In this document: piece by piece, positions 26,741 to 36,231 of the stretch
Position numbering within the stretch: the stretch's first letter is position 1
Layout of the letters: every line of letters starts with the position of its first letter
Source of the DNA: an uncultured Acidimicrobiaceae bacterium
GTDB taxonomy: Bacteria; Actinomycetota; Acidimicrobiia; Acidimicrobiales; Bog-793
DNA length: 64,000 nt
Assembly: GCA_963803025.1 (NCBI GenBank)
Contig: CAWDKZ010000011.1
Span: 16,225-80,224 of the forward strand
Direction: 5' to 3'
Notes under the pieces: model-generated
Seen by the model: only the letters and a program-made list of their open reading frames with translations
The model's database searches: none
What the model was told of the DNA's origin: nothing
Program-made: the position numbers and the translations under genes

Positions 26741-28435
26741 GTGAGCGCCGCGGAGCCGGTGCGAGCCCGGCAAGTGGCGATCGGAGTCGACTTCGGGACG
26801 GGGTCAGGCCGCGTGCTCCTCCTCGATCTGCGCAGCGGGGAGGAAATCGCGGACGTCGAGGTCAGTTACCCGCACGGTGTCATTGATTCGAAGCTTCCCT
26901 CGAACAACGCGGAACTGCCGCCGGACACGGCGCTGCAGGACCCCGCCGACTATCTCGAGGTCCTCTACCGCGGGATCCCGGCGGCGCTGGCGGCCGGCGA
27001 GGTGCGGGCCGAGGAGGTGATCGGCCTCGGCATCGACTTCACCGCTTGCACCGTCCTGCCCGTGACCGGGGACGGCACACCGCTCTGCCAGCTCGAGGCG
27101 TGGCGGGACCACCTCCACGCTTGGGTCAAGCTCTGGAAGCATCACTCCGCCCAGCCGATCGCCGACCGTCTGAACGAGGTCGCGATCGGGCGTAGTGAGG
27201 AGTTTCTCGCCCGTTGTGGCGGGCGCCTGTCGTCCGAGTGGTACTTCCCGAAGCTCATCGAGACCTGGCGGGAGGACCGCGCCGTCTACGACGCGATGAA
27301 CGCGTTCGTCGAGGCGACCGACTGGATCGTGTGGCAGCTCACCGGCTCGCTCGTCCGCGCGAGCTGCACCGCCGGCTACAAGGCGTGCTGGTCCGCGGAC
27401 GCGGGCCTGCCGTCCCGCTCGTTCTTCGAGGCGGCCTATCCCGGCTTCCCCGTCCCGAGCGAGAAGCTCGGCACGAGTTTCGCCCCCCCGGGTCAGCGCG
27501 CGGGGACCCTGCGACCAGAGGTGGCGGCGCGCCTCGGCCTTAGCCCCGCGGTCGCCGTGGCCGTCGGCAACGTCGACTCGTTCGTCTCGGTCCCGGGGGC
27601 CGGTGTCCAGCGTCCCGGTGTGTTCGTGATGGTCGTGGGCACCTCGATCTGCGATCTCGTCATCGACCGACGCGAGGTCCCGATGCCGGGAATCACGGGG
27701 GTCGTCGAGAACGGCATCCTGCCAGGTTTCTTCGGCTACGAGGCGGGGCAAGCCGCCGTCGGGGACATGTTTGCCTGGTTCGGGGGGCGGCTCCTCGGCT
27801 TCGGGCGCAGCCACTCCGGTCGGGGCGAGGACTGGTACTCGAGCCTCGAGCAGGCGGCGGCGGCGGTCGCACCCGGCGCGAGCGGGCTCGTCGCGCTCGA
27901 TTGGTGGAACGGCAATCGGACGATCCTCGGCGACGCCGACCTTTCCGGGGTCATCGCTGGCCTCACGCTGGCGACGTCGCCGGCCGAGATCTATCGGGCG
28001 CTCCTCGAGTCGGTGGCGTTCGGGACGCGGCGGATCGTCGAGAACTTCGTCGAGCACGGCATCGCCCTCACCGAGGTGGTCGCCTGCGGCGGGATCGCGG
28101 AGCGGAGCGCGCTCATGATGCAGCTGCTCGCGGACGTGACCGGGATGTCCGTGACGATCCCGGACTCGAAGCAGATCCCGGCGCGGGGCGCGGCCCTGTT
28201 CGGCGCCGTGGCCGCGGGCACAGCCCAGGGGGGCTTCGACGACATCGAGCGGGCCGTCACCGAGCTTCGGCCGGCGACGGCCCGTCGCTACGATCCGTCA
28301 CCGTCCCATCTCGTGACCTACGACGAGGTCTACTCGGTCTTCCGCGCGCTGCACGACGAGCTCGGCCGGGAGCACGTCGAGTGGCTCCACCGGCTGAAGC
28401 AGATCCGCCGGGCCGCCCGGGAGACCCACGACTGA
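26741..28435 (+). CDS. araB: Ribulokinase (FGGY family)
   Basis: VAIGVDFGTGSGRVLL, WYFPKL, LDWWNGNR and GGIAERS form the AraB pattern. The start is uncertain (in-frame GTG at 26741 or 26759; the track ORF starts at 26681). Confidence 0.8.
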   Translation: MSAAEPVRARQVAIGVDFGTGSGRVLLLDLRSGEEIADVEVSYPHGVIDSKLPSNNAELPPDTALQDPADYLEVLYRGIPAALAAGEVRAEEVIGLGIDFTACTVLPVTGDGTPLCQLEAWRDHLHAWVKLWKHHSAQPIADRLNEVAIGRSEEFLARCGGRLSSEWYFPKLIETWREDRAVYDAMNAFVEATDWIVWQLTGSLVRASCTAGYKACWSADAGLPSRSFFEAAYPGFPVPSEKLGTSFAPPGQRAGTLRPEVAARLGLSPAVAVAVGNVDSFVSVPGAGVQRPGVFVMVVGTSICDLVIDRREVPMPGITGVVENGILPGFFGYEAGQAAVGDMFAWFGGRLLGFGRSHSGRGEDWYSSLEQAAAAVAPGASGLVALDWWNGNRTILGDADLSGVIAGLTLATSPAEIYRALLESVAFGTRRIVENFVEHGIALTEVVACGGIAERSALMMQLLADVTGMSVTIPDSKQIPARGAALFGAVAAGTAQGGFDDIERAVTELRPATARRYDPSPSHLVTYDEVYSVFRALHDELGREHVEWLHRLKQIRRAARETHD

Positions 28436-28560
28436 ACCCGTGACAGGTCGGTCTCGGGCGCTGTTCGTCGCACGACCGCCCTCGGGGACAGCCAGGTGGC
28501 GACGCTAGGGTCGGGCAGGGAGGACACGCGCCCGTGGGCGCGGGCGCGAAGGAGGATCCG

Positions 28561-29961
28561 ATGTTGACGAATGGACGACCGCGCATCGGGATGCTCGGCA
28601 TCATGCAGGAGCTCTACGACGAGATGATCCCGCGCATCACCGAGCACCAGGCTGAGTTCTCGCGCGCACTCTGCGCCCAGCTCGCTCCCGCCGCTGATGT
28701 CGTCTTCACGCGGCCGGCACGCAACCGCGACGACATCGAGGTGATCGTGCGGGACCTCGTGCGTCAGGATCTCGACGGGATCATGATCGTCATGCTCACC
28801 TACGGACCCGCGATGCGCACCCTCCGCACGCTCGCGGAGAACCCGCTGCCACTCCTGCTCGCCAACATCCAGCCGGAGCCCGTCGTCAGCGCGTCGTGGA
28901 CGATGGACGATCTCACGTACAACCAGGGCATCCACGGCGCCCAGGACCAGTCGAACGCGATGCTGCGCGCCGGACTGCCCTACTCGGTCATCACCGAAGA
29001 TTGGCGCTCGCCAGCGTTCCTGGCGTCCTTCGAGTCCTGGGCGCGAGCCGCGCAGACGGTGACGAAGTTGCGGCGAACGAGGATCGCCCTGTTCGGCTAC
29101 CCGATGAACGGCATGGAGGACGTCGTATACGACGCGGCGGCTCTGCTCCGCAAGATCGGGCCGATGATCGTCAACGAGAACCTCGGGGACGTGCACCGAC
29201 GGATGCGAGCCGTGGGCGCCGACGCCGTCGAGGCGGTTCGCCGGCAGCACGCGGCACAGTTCGAGATCGACCCGGAGCTCGCACCGGAGAGCCACGAGTA
29301 CGCGGTCCGCTTCGAGCTCGCCCTGCGGCAGGTTCTGTCCGAGGGCGGCTACGACGGACTCTCCGTCCACTTCGAACCGGTCGGGCGTGACGGTCGCTTC
29401 GAGCAGCTCCCGCTCCTCGCCGCCTCGAACCTCATGGCGGACGGCTACGGCTACGGCGCCGAGGGCGACACGAACGCGGCCGCGCTCGTCTGTGCGGGCC
29501 ACGCGCTTATCGGCGAGGCGCACTTCAGCGAGATGTACGCGATGGATTACGAGCTCGACTCCGTCCTCATCAGCCACATGGGTGAGGGCAACTGGAGGAT
29601 CGCGCGTCGTGACCGTCCGGTCCGCCTCATCGACCGTCCGCTCGGGATCGGCGGTCTCGGCAACCCGCCGACGGTCGTGTTCTCCGCCGAGCCGGGCGTC
29701 GCGACGGTCGCGACGCTCATCGCCCTCGAAGGCGAGTATTACCGGCTCGCCGTCGCGCGCGGCGAGGTGCTCGACACGCCGGAGCTGCCCCTGGTGCAGA
29801 TGCCGTACTTCCATTTCCGGCCGAACTCGGGAATGCGCTCGTTCCTGACCTCCTGGTTGCGCAACGGCGGCACGCATCATTTCTGCCTGAACCTGGGCGA
29901 TCACGTCGAACGCTGGCGGAATCTCGCCGAGCTGCTCGACGTCGACTTCGTCGAGATCTGA
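28561..29961 (+). CDS. araA: L-arabinose isomerase family protein (divergent)
   Basis: It is colinear with E. coli AraA as I recall it: MDDLTYNQGIHG, YGYGAEGD, SHMGEGN and GGTHHF match positions of catalytic Glu/His residues. A GGAGGA RBS lies 5 nt before the ATG at 28561. Confidence 0.8.
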   Translation: MLTNGRPRIGMLGIMQELYDEMIPRITEHQAEFSRALCAQLAPAADVVFTRPARNRDDIEVIVRDLVRQDLDGIMIVMLTYGPAMRTLRTLAENPLPLLLANIQPEPVVSASWTMDDLTYNQGIHGAQDQSNAMLRAGLPYSVITEDWRSPAFLASFESWARAAQTVTKLRRTRIALFGYPMNGMEDVVYDAAALLRKIGPMIVNENLGDVHRRMRAVGADAVEAVRRQHAAQFEIDPELAPESHEYAVRFELALRQVLSEGGYDGLSVHFEPVGRDGRFEQLPLLAASNLMADGYGYGAEGDTNAAALVCAGHALIGEAHFSEMYAMDYELDSVLISHMGEGNWRIARRDRPVRLIDRPLGIGGLGNPPTVVFSAEPGVATVATLIALEGEYYRLAVARGEVLDTPELPLVQMPYFHFRPNSGMRSFLTSWLRNGGTHHFCLNLGDHVERWRNLAELLDVDFVEI

Positions 29962-29976
29962 TCGGAGGCGGTCGAG

Positions 29977-30675
29977 ATGGCTGTCCTGAACGAACTCCGC
30001 GAGGCGGTGCTCAAGGCGAACCTCGCCTTGGTGCGGCACGGCCTCGTGACGTTGACGTGGGGGAATGCGAGCGGGATCGACCGCGCCGCCGGGTTGGTGG
30101 TGATCAAGCCGAGCGGCGTTCCCTACGAGGAGATGGGTGTCGAGGACCTCGTCGTCGTCGACCTGGCGGGTCGGGTCGTCGAGGGCGCACGGCGGCCCTC
30201 GACCGACGTCCCGACCCATCTCCTCCTCTACCGCTCTTTCCCCGCGATCGGCGGAGTCGTCCACACCCACTCCACCTGGGCGACCGCGTGGGCGCAGGCC
30301 GGGCGGGAGATACCGCTCTTCGGGACGACCCACGCCGACCTGTGTCCCGGCGCCGTGCCGATCGCGCGCCGTCTGTCCGATGACGAGGTCCGGGGCGCCT
30401 ACGAGGAGAACACGGGGGTCGTCCTGCGCGAGGTGATCGGCGACCGCGGGATCGACGAGGTTCCCTGCGCCCTCGTCCCCGGCCACGGCCCGTTCACCTG
30501 GGGAGCGAGCGTCGCGCAGGCGGTCGAGCGGGCCGTCACGCTCGAAGCGGTCGCACGCATGGCCCTCCTCACCCTGTTCGTCCGTCCGGGGGCCGACCCG
30601 CTCCCGGCGGTCGTCGTGGATCGCCACTTCACGAGGAAGCACGGACCCGGCGCCTACTACGGCCAACCCGGCTGA
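29977..30675 (+). CDS. araD: L-ribulose-5-phosphate 4-epimerase
   Basis: TWGNASGIDR, VIKPSGVPYEEM, DVPTHLLLY, VVHTHSTWAT and GHGPFTWG are class II aldolase/AraD motifs. Confidence 0.9.
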   Translation: MAVLNELREAVLKANLALVRHGLVTLTWGNASGIDRAAGLVVIKPSGVPYEEMGVEDLVVVDLAGRVVEGARRPSTDVPTHLLLYRSFPAIGGVVHTHSTWATAWAQAGREIPLFGTTHADLCPGAVPIARRLSDDEVRGAYEENTGVVLREVIGDRGIDEVPCALVPGHGPFTWGASVAQAVERAVTLEAVARMALLTLFVRPGADPLPAVVVDRHFTRKHGPGAYYGQPG

Positions 30676-30710
30676 GCGAAGCGCCGGCGCGGCCCGGCCG
30701 CCCCGTTCGT

Positions 30711-30739
30711 GCCGGCCGGCCGAGAGCCGACCGGCCGGC
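30711..30739. terminator. GC-rich hairpin between convergent araD and the G1P-dehydrogenase-like gene
   Basis: GCCGGCCGG-ccgagagccga-CCGGCCGGC forms a 9-bp stem. It has no U-tract, which is common in high-G+C genomes. Its function was not tested. Confidence 0.3.
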
Positions 30740-30810
30740 GCGGGGATCTCCCGTCGGCGCGGGCCTGTCCGGCGATCACGCCGGGGCGCCGGACCGCGGG
30801 ATGGCCGGCG

Positions 30811-32076
30811 TCACCGGGCGCCGGGCGCCGCCGGGAGGACCGCCTCGATCGCCTCGTCGAGCCGGCCCTGGCCCTCCAGGAAGTCGAGCACGGTGTAACG
30901 GGAACGGAGCCGGTTCGCCCAGCGGAAGGTCGTCCTGAGCATGCGGGCGTCGAGGTCGAGGAACCCTGGCTGAGCCGGGATTCCCGCCGCCAAGAGGGCC
31001 TTTCCGACGGTCGGGAAGACGCGCCTCGCGTCCGACGTCCGGGTCCGGACCGCCTCCCAGCGCGCCGCGGTCCGCGGCCACGCCGCGGCGTGCTCGCGCA
31101 GGAACCGGCGCTTGTCGTCCCGGACGGCGTCCACCTGGGCGTGGTGGCCAGCGAACCACGGTCGCGCCTCTTCGTCGTCGGCGGTGGCCGGGCGCGGCGC
31201 GACGAGCTCTGGGACGCCTCCGTCGAGGGCGAACTGCTGGAGGCGCATCGCGAAATGCGTCGCGTAGCCAACCTGGAGGCCGTGCGGCGCGTGCGGTCGT
31301 CGGCCTTGTGACGCGAGCAGGTCCCAGAAGTGCGAGAAGTGGTGCTCGCAGCCGCTCGCCGGTCGGGAGCTCCCGACCATGGCCATCGCGATCCCCGACT
31401 CGATCAAGCCGCGCAGGAGTCGCGTCACGGCCTCCGCCGACTGGCCGAGCACCTCGTCGACGTGGGTGGCGGCCTCGAGGACGGGTTCGAACACCCGCCG
31501 CTCGACCTCCGGGCAGAACGGCTCGCCGTACAGGGCGTGCGACGTCAGCCAGTCGACGCGCGCCGTCGCCTTGCCGAGCAGGTCGCCGAGGCCCGATCGC
31601 GTCATCTCCGGCGGGGCGGCGGCGACGGTGGCCGAGTCGGCGAAGATCGCGACGGGGGCCGTGGCGGAGAAGGTCGTCTTCATGCCCCCGAACTCCATCG
31701 CGGCGACGCTCGAGGCGTATCCGTCCATCGAGGCGGCGGTGGGAACGCTCACGAATTCACGACCGGCGCGACTCGCGACGTAGCGTGTGATGTCGGTGAT
31801 CACCCCAGAACCGACGGCGACGAGCACATCGGTTTCGGCCTCGGTCACCGCGTCAGCGAGGCGGGAGACGCCCGTCTCGTCGGCGAGCAGACCGCGACGC
31901 TCGGGAAAACAGAAGGTCGCGACGCGGACGTTCCCGTGCGACAGCTCGTCGACGACGCGCCATCCGACGGCCTCCTCGGTGTTCGCGTCCATGACGATGA
32001 GCGGTCTCGACCAGCGACGCGTCCCGATGTACGTGCCGAGCTCGTCGATCGCGCTCTCCCCGAGCACGATCACCAT
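30811..32076 (-). CDS. sn-glycerol-1-phosphate dehydrogenase (AraM/EgsA-like, iron-containing alcohol dehydrogenase superfamily)
   Basis: VAVGSGVITDITRYVAS, VPTAASMDGYAS, GDLLGK and CEHHFSHFWD give a nucleotide- and metal-binding pattern typical of G1PDH/AraM. Only the last 421 codons of the 848-aa track ORF are credible, since the remainder overlaps the SulP gene in antisense. The start may be slightly upstream. Confidence 0.7.
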   Translation of the reverse strand: MVIVLGESAIDELGTYIGTRRWSRPLIVMDANTEEAVGWRVVDELSHGNVRVATFCFPERRGLLADETGVSRLADAVTEAETDVLVAVGSGVITDITRYVASRAGREFVSVPTAASMDGYASSVAAMEFGGMKTTFSATAPVAIFADSATVAAAPPEMTRSGLGDLLGKATARVDWLTSHALYGEPFCPEVERRVFEPVLEAATHVDEVLGQSAEAVTRLLRGLIESGIAMAMVGSSRPASGCEHHFSHFWDLLASQGRRPHAPHGLQVGYATHFAMRLQQFALDGGVPELVAPRPATADDEEARPWFAGHHAQVDAVRDDKRRFLREHAAAWPRTAARWEAVRTRTSDARRVFPTVGKALLAAGIPAQPGFLDLDARMLRTTFRWANRLRSRYTVLDFLEGQGRLDEAIEAVLPAAPGAR

Positions 32077-32652
32077 GCCCGGGGGGCGGTGGGTCGCGCC
32101 GCAGGCGCAACGGTCGCCGGGATCCGGTCCGACCCGGGACGCAGGGGACGGGACGCGCCTCATGCGCGACATCGCGCGCGGCGGGAGGTGGCGCGGGCCC
32201 CACCCGCCGCCGGCCGCGCCCGGTCGTCCCGCGGCGGACGGGCCGTCGACGGACGGCCGACGCGCGCCGCGGGAATCTCCGGCGCGGCCCGCCCGAGGGT
32301 TGCTGCGGCGATGCGAATGGTCATGGACAAGTTCCCCTGACGAGGTGAGGGTCGCGGTGAGCCGCCGGGCGGCCGTCCCGTGCCAGGGAAGTATGCCGTA
32401 GGCGCGCGCGACCGTGCCATCGTCCGGTCGGTCCTGACCGGACGACCTCGGGCGCCCTAGTGTCGGTGGCCGCGAAGGAGGACCGGGCGTGATCCGACGA
32501 TGGCCGCGAGGCGGGCCGCGCCGCCAGCATCGGGCGGTCGACGGTCGGGCGGCCGCGCGCGCAGGCTGCGCCTCGCCGCTGGCGCGAGGTCGCAGCTGAG
32601 CGGGGGAGCGTTGGCGGACGAGCGCGGGCGCGGCCCACGGCGCTCCGGTGTC

Positions 32653-34344
32653 GTGCCGGCGCTGTTCCCGACGATCCTGCCGTGGCGTCACCGCTCGCTC
32701 GGCCCGGAGCTGCTCGCCGGTCTGCTGCTCGCGGCGATCGCCATCCCCGAGCAGATCGCGACGGCGCGGCTCGCGGGGATGCCGGCGACGGCGGGCCTCG
32801 CCGCGTTCATCGTCGGCTCGCTCGCGATCGCCGTCTTCGGCTCGACGGGTCCGTTGTCGGTGGGCGCGGACTCCACGATCGCACCCGTCATCGCCGCCAG
32901 CGTCTCGTCGATCGCGCTGTCGTCGACGCCGACCTATCGGGCGGACGCCTCGTTGCTCGCGTTGCTGGTCGGGCTCATCGTCATGGTTATCGGGCTTCTG
33001 CGGATGGCGTGGATCGCCGACATCTTGTCGGCACCGGTCGTGACGGGCTTCCTCGCCGGGGTCGGCATCGCCATCGTCCTGCGCCAGATCCCGGTCGTGC
33101 TCGGCATCACACCGGCGACCGGGCACGGGCCGGTCGAGACGACCTGGCTCGCGCTCCGGTCGATCGGCCAGGCGCACGGCTGGACGGTCGGGATCGCCGG
33201 TTTCGTCCTCGTCGGCGTCGGCGCTGCCGAGCGGTGGAGCAAGCGGTTCCCGGGGGCGATCATCGCCCTCATCGCCAGCGCCGTCGCGGTCGCGGCGTTC
33301 CACCTGAAAGCGCACGGCGTCGACGTCCTCGGTTTCGTGCCCTCCGGGCTGCCCCACCTCGCCGTGCCCGCCTCGAGCTTCGCGGCACTGCGGTCCCTGC
33401 TGTTGCCCGCTCTCGCCATTTCACTCGTCGTGCTCGCCCAGTCGGCCGCGACCGTGCGGGGTCTCGGCGGGGCGAGCTCGGACGAGACCGGGTTCAACCG
33501 TGACCTCGTCGGGATCGGTGCCGGATCGCTCCTCGCCGGGTTCGTCGGCTCGTTCGCGCTCGACGCCAGCCCGCCGCGCACCGAGATCGTGGCGGACGCC
33601 CGGGGACGGACCCAGCTCGCCGGGCTCAGCGCAGCCGCGATCGTGCTCGTGCTCGTCGCCTTCGCGGCGTCCTGGCTCGACGACGTCCCGCACGCGACAC
33701 TCGGGGCGATCCTCGCGTTGATCGGCATCCGGCTCGTCCGCGTGCCGGAGCTGCGCGCCATCCTCCGGTTCGACCGGGTCGAGTTCGGCCTCGCCTTCGT
33801 GACGATGCTCGTGGTCGCCCTCGTCGACGTGAAGTTGGGCATGGGGCTCGCGGTCACGCTCGCGGTCCTGGACCGGACCCGCCGCACGGCGCGTCCGCGC
33901 GACGCCGTCCTCGGCCACCTTCCGGACAGTTCGAACTGGGTGCTGCCGAGCGGCGGGCTCGAGCTCGAACAGCTCCCCGGAGTCGCCGTCTACATGCTCG
34001 AGGCGCCGTTGTGGTTCGCCAACGCCGACCACGTCACCGCACGGATCCGCGCCCTCACCGCCCCGGGCTCGGGTGTCGACGCGTTCGTCCTCGACGCCGC
34101 GGCGATCTCGGACGTCGACTACACGGCGGGTCGCCAGCTCACCGGGGTGGCGCGCGAACTTGTCGCCGCGCGGGTGCACGTGGCCGTGGCCCGGGCGTCG
34201 TCGACGGTCGTGACGGAGCTCGCTCGGATCGGGTTCCTCGACGTCATCGGGGCGACGAGCCTCTACCCGACCGTCGACGCGGCGGTCCAGGCACTCATCG
34301 CCGCGCGTCCGGCGACGGGCTCGGCGGGACCGCCACTGCCGTAG
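32653..34344 (+). CDS. SulP-family anion permease with a C-terminal STAS domain
   Basis: The N-terminal motif LLAGLLLAAIAIPEQIATARLAGMP is followed by a polytopic region. The C-terminal STAS-like segment is VYMLEAPLWFANADHV...FVLDAAAISDVDYTAG. The GTG at 32653 is proposed as start. Confidence 0.85.
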   Translation: MPALFPTILPWRHRSLGPELLAGLLLAAIAIPEQIATARLAGMPATAGLAAFIVGSLAIAVFGSTGPLSVGADSTIAPVIAASVSSIALSSTPTYRADASLLALLVGLIVMVIGLLRMAWIADILSAPVVTGFLAGVGIAIVLRQIPVVLGITPATGHGPVETTWLALRSIGQAHGWTVGIAGFVLVGVGAAERWSKRFPGAIIALIASAVAVAAFHLKAHGVDVLGFVPSGLPHLAVPASSFAALRSLLLPALAISLVVLAQSAATVRGLGGASSDETGFNRDLVGIGAGSLLAGFVGSFALDASPPRTEIVADARGRTQLAGLSAAAIVLVLVAFAASWLDDVPHATLGAILALIGIRLVRVPELRAILRFDRVEFGLAFVTMLVVALVDVKLGMGLAVTLAVLDRTRRTARPRDAVLGHLPDSSNWVLPSGGLELEQLPGVAVYMLEAPLWFANADHVTARIRALTAPGSGVDAFVLDAAAISDVDYTAGRQLTGVARELVAARVHVAVARASSTVVTELARIGFLDVIGATSLYPTVDAAVQALIAARPATGSAGPPLP

Positions 34345-34400
34345 GGTTGTCCGTCGCCGCCGCGTGTCGCGACGGCGTGCCCGGCCAGACTGGAGTCGCG

Positions 34401-35057
34401 ATGATCAACGTCTTCCTCCTCGACGATCACGAGGTGGTGCGCGCCGGCCTGCGGGATCTGTTGGAGAACGCCGACGAGAACATCGCCGTCGTCGGTGAGG
34501 CCTCGACCGCGGCGGAGGCACTCGCCCGCATCGCCACGATCCGCCCGGACGTCGCGATCCTCGACGTCCGGCTAGGCGAGGGGGAGACCGACGGCATCGC
34601 CGTCTGTCGGGAGATCCGTTCGGCGCACCCGGAGATCGCCTGCCTCATGCTCACCTCGTTCGCCGACGACGAGGCCCTGTTCGCGGCGATCATGGCCGGC
34701 GCCGCCGGCTATCTCCTGAAAGAGGTGCGCGGACGGGACATCGTCGGCAGCGTGAAACGGGCGGCGCGGGGCGAGTCCCTGCTCGACCCGGCATTGACCC
34801 AGAAGCTGATCGACCGGATGAGGACCGGCGGACCCGAGGACGAGCGCCTCGCCCGCCTGACGGCACGGGAGCGGCGAGTGCTCGATCTCGTCGCGGAGGG
34901 CAAGACGAACCGGGAGATCGGCGCTGAGCTGTACCTCGCGGAGAAGACCGTGAAGAACTACGTCTCGAACATCCTTTCCAAGCTCGGTATGCAGAGGCGG
35001 ACCGAGGCGGCGGTCTTCGTGGCGCGCCTCGCCGACAAGGAGCACCGCTTGCGCTAG
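34401..35057 (+). CDS. Orphan NarL/FixJ-type response regulator
   Basis: MINVFLLDDHEVVRAGL and VAILDVRLGEGETDG mark the receiver domain. The LuxR HTH is LTARERRVLDLVAEGKTNREIGAELYLAEKTVKNYVSNILSKLG. Confidence 0.85.
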   Translation: MINVFLLDDHEVVRAGLRDLLENADENIAVVGEASTAAEALARIATIRPDVAILDVRLGEGETDGIAVCREIRSAHPEIACLMLTSFADDEALFAAIMAGAAGYLLKEVRGRDIVGSVKRAARGESLLDPALTQKLIDRMRTGGPEDERLARLTARERRVLDLVAEGKTNREIGAELYLAEKTVKNYVSNILSKLGMQRRTEAAVFVARLADKEHRLR

Positions 35058-35092
35058 CCGGCGGTGCCAACCGACGGCGGGCCGTCCGGCTG

Positions 35093-36046
35093 CTACGCCG
35101 TCAGCGGCCGGTCGAAGGCCCTCCAGCGCCGCTTCAGCGTGGCGAGGTCCTTGCCGAGACCGTGGAGCGACCTTGCCGCGGCGAGCCGCTCGATGACGAC
35201 GAGCTGCCCGGCGATGAAGGCGCATTGGAAACGCTCCCCGGCGACACGCGCGAGGAACGCCTCGGCGAACAGCGCGTCACGGTGGTCGCCGAGCCGGTCC
35301 TGTACCGCCGCCGCCGTCGTCGCGAGGCGCGCGGCGCGCTGACCGAACACCCCGGAGGCGAGTTCGGCGGCGTAGCGGAGCTCTTTCGCGCGGATCCGCA
35401 GCGCGTGCAGGTTGGCCTCGTTCGGTGACTCGCGTGAACGGCGTGCCGCTTCCCTCACGTTGCGCCACGGGCGCCGGAGAAGGCTGCCGAGGGCGGCCCG
35501 TGACTCCTCGTCGGCGCGCGCCGTGAGCGGCGGCTGCAGCGCGACGAGCCGGTCGATGTGGCCGAGGACGGTCTCGTAGCGCGGGAGCGCCCGGGCGCTC
35601 GCCAGGCGGAACGTCACGTTGCTGCGCTGCAGGGCGACCGCGGCGAAGAGGCTCTCGAGGGCGTCCGGGTCGGCGTCGGGCTCGGTGTGCAAGGTGATCC
35701 GCAGCGCGAGCACGTCGAGGTTGCGGACTTCGCCGAGGAGCTGTGAGAACCAGCCGATGTCGGCGCGTGCCGCGCTCGCCCACCCGGGCTCGACGACGGC
35801 GCGGAACGTGCGCAGAAGCGACCGGATCCTGCGGAGCGCGACGCGCGCGGCATGGAGATCCTCGGCGTCGCGGTCCTCGGCGGTCCGGTCGCTGTCGTGC
35901 GCGAGGAACGATTCCGCGGCGCGGCGGAGCGCCTCGGCGACGAGGTCCCCGATGTGATCCACGACGGGCGTCGTGGCGGGCACGGCCGCGTCGGTCGCGA
36001 AGAAGGCGTCATCTGACGGTTCAGCGGTGAGGTAGGGATCGAACAC
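35093..36046 (-). CDS. CHAD-domain protein (stand-alone)
   Basis: The helical His/Arg pattern LHAARVALRRIRSLLRTF...LGEVRNLDVL...LHALRIRAKELRYAAE is typical of CHAD. No CYTH domain is attached. Confidence 0.75.
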   Translation of the reverse strand: MFDPYLTAEPSDDAFFATDAAVPATTPVVDHIGDLVAEALRRAAESFLAHDSDRTAEDRDAEDLHAARVALRRIRSLLRTFRAVVEPGWASAARADIGWFSQLLGEVRNLDVLALRITLHTEPDADPDALESLFAAVALQRSNVTFRLASARALPRYETVLGHIDRLVALQPPLTARADEESRAALGSLLRRPWRNVREAARRSRESPNEANLHALRIRAKELRYAAELASGVFGQRAARLATTAAAVQDRLGDHRDALFAEAFLARVAGERFQCAFIAGQLVVIERLAAARSLHGLGKDLATLKRRWRAFDRPLTA

Positions 36047-36231
36047 TCGCCACGATCGTAGGCGGGCGTCGCATCGAGCGTGCCCGGCGGGTGCCGTTCG
36101 CCGCCGGACGCGTCACAACTGACGACGCGACGCTCACACTCTTCTCACGGATTCGTCGATCCCTGCTGACAGCGGCGTCGCACGATGGGGGCGTTCCGTT
36201 GATTCCCAGTGACTCGACCAAGGAGCGCACG

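Noticed and set aside
32077-33357. The upstream 427 codons of the 848-aa minus ORF 30811-33357. The same issue applies to 53355-54509 of ORF 52551-54509 and to the 5' parts of ORFs 10105-11220 and 10144-11247.
   Set aside because: The extensions overlap well-supported genes on the opposite strand or in other frames and are Arg/Pro-rich. The real genes start at internal start codons that are consistent with family N-termini.
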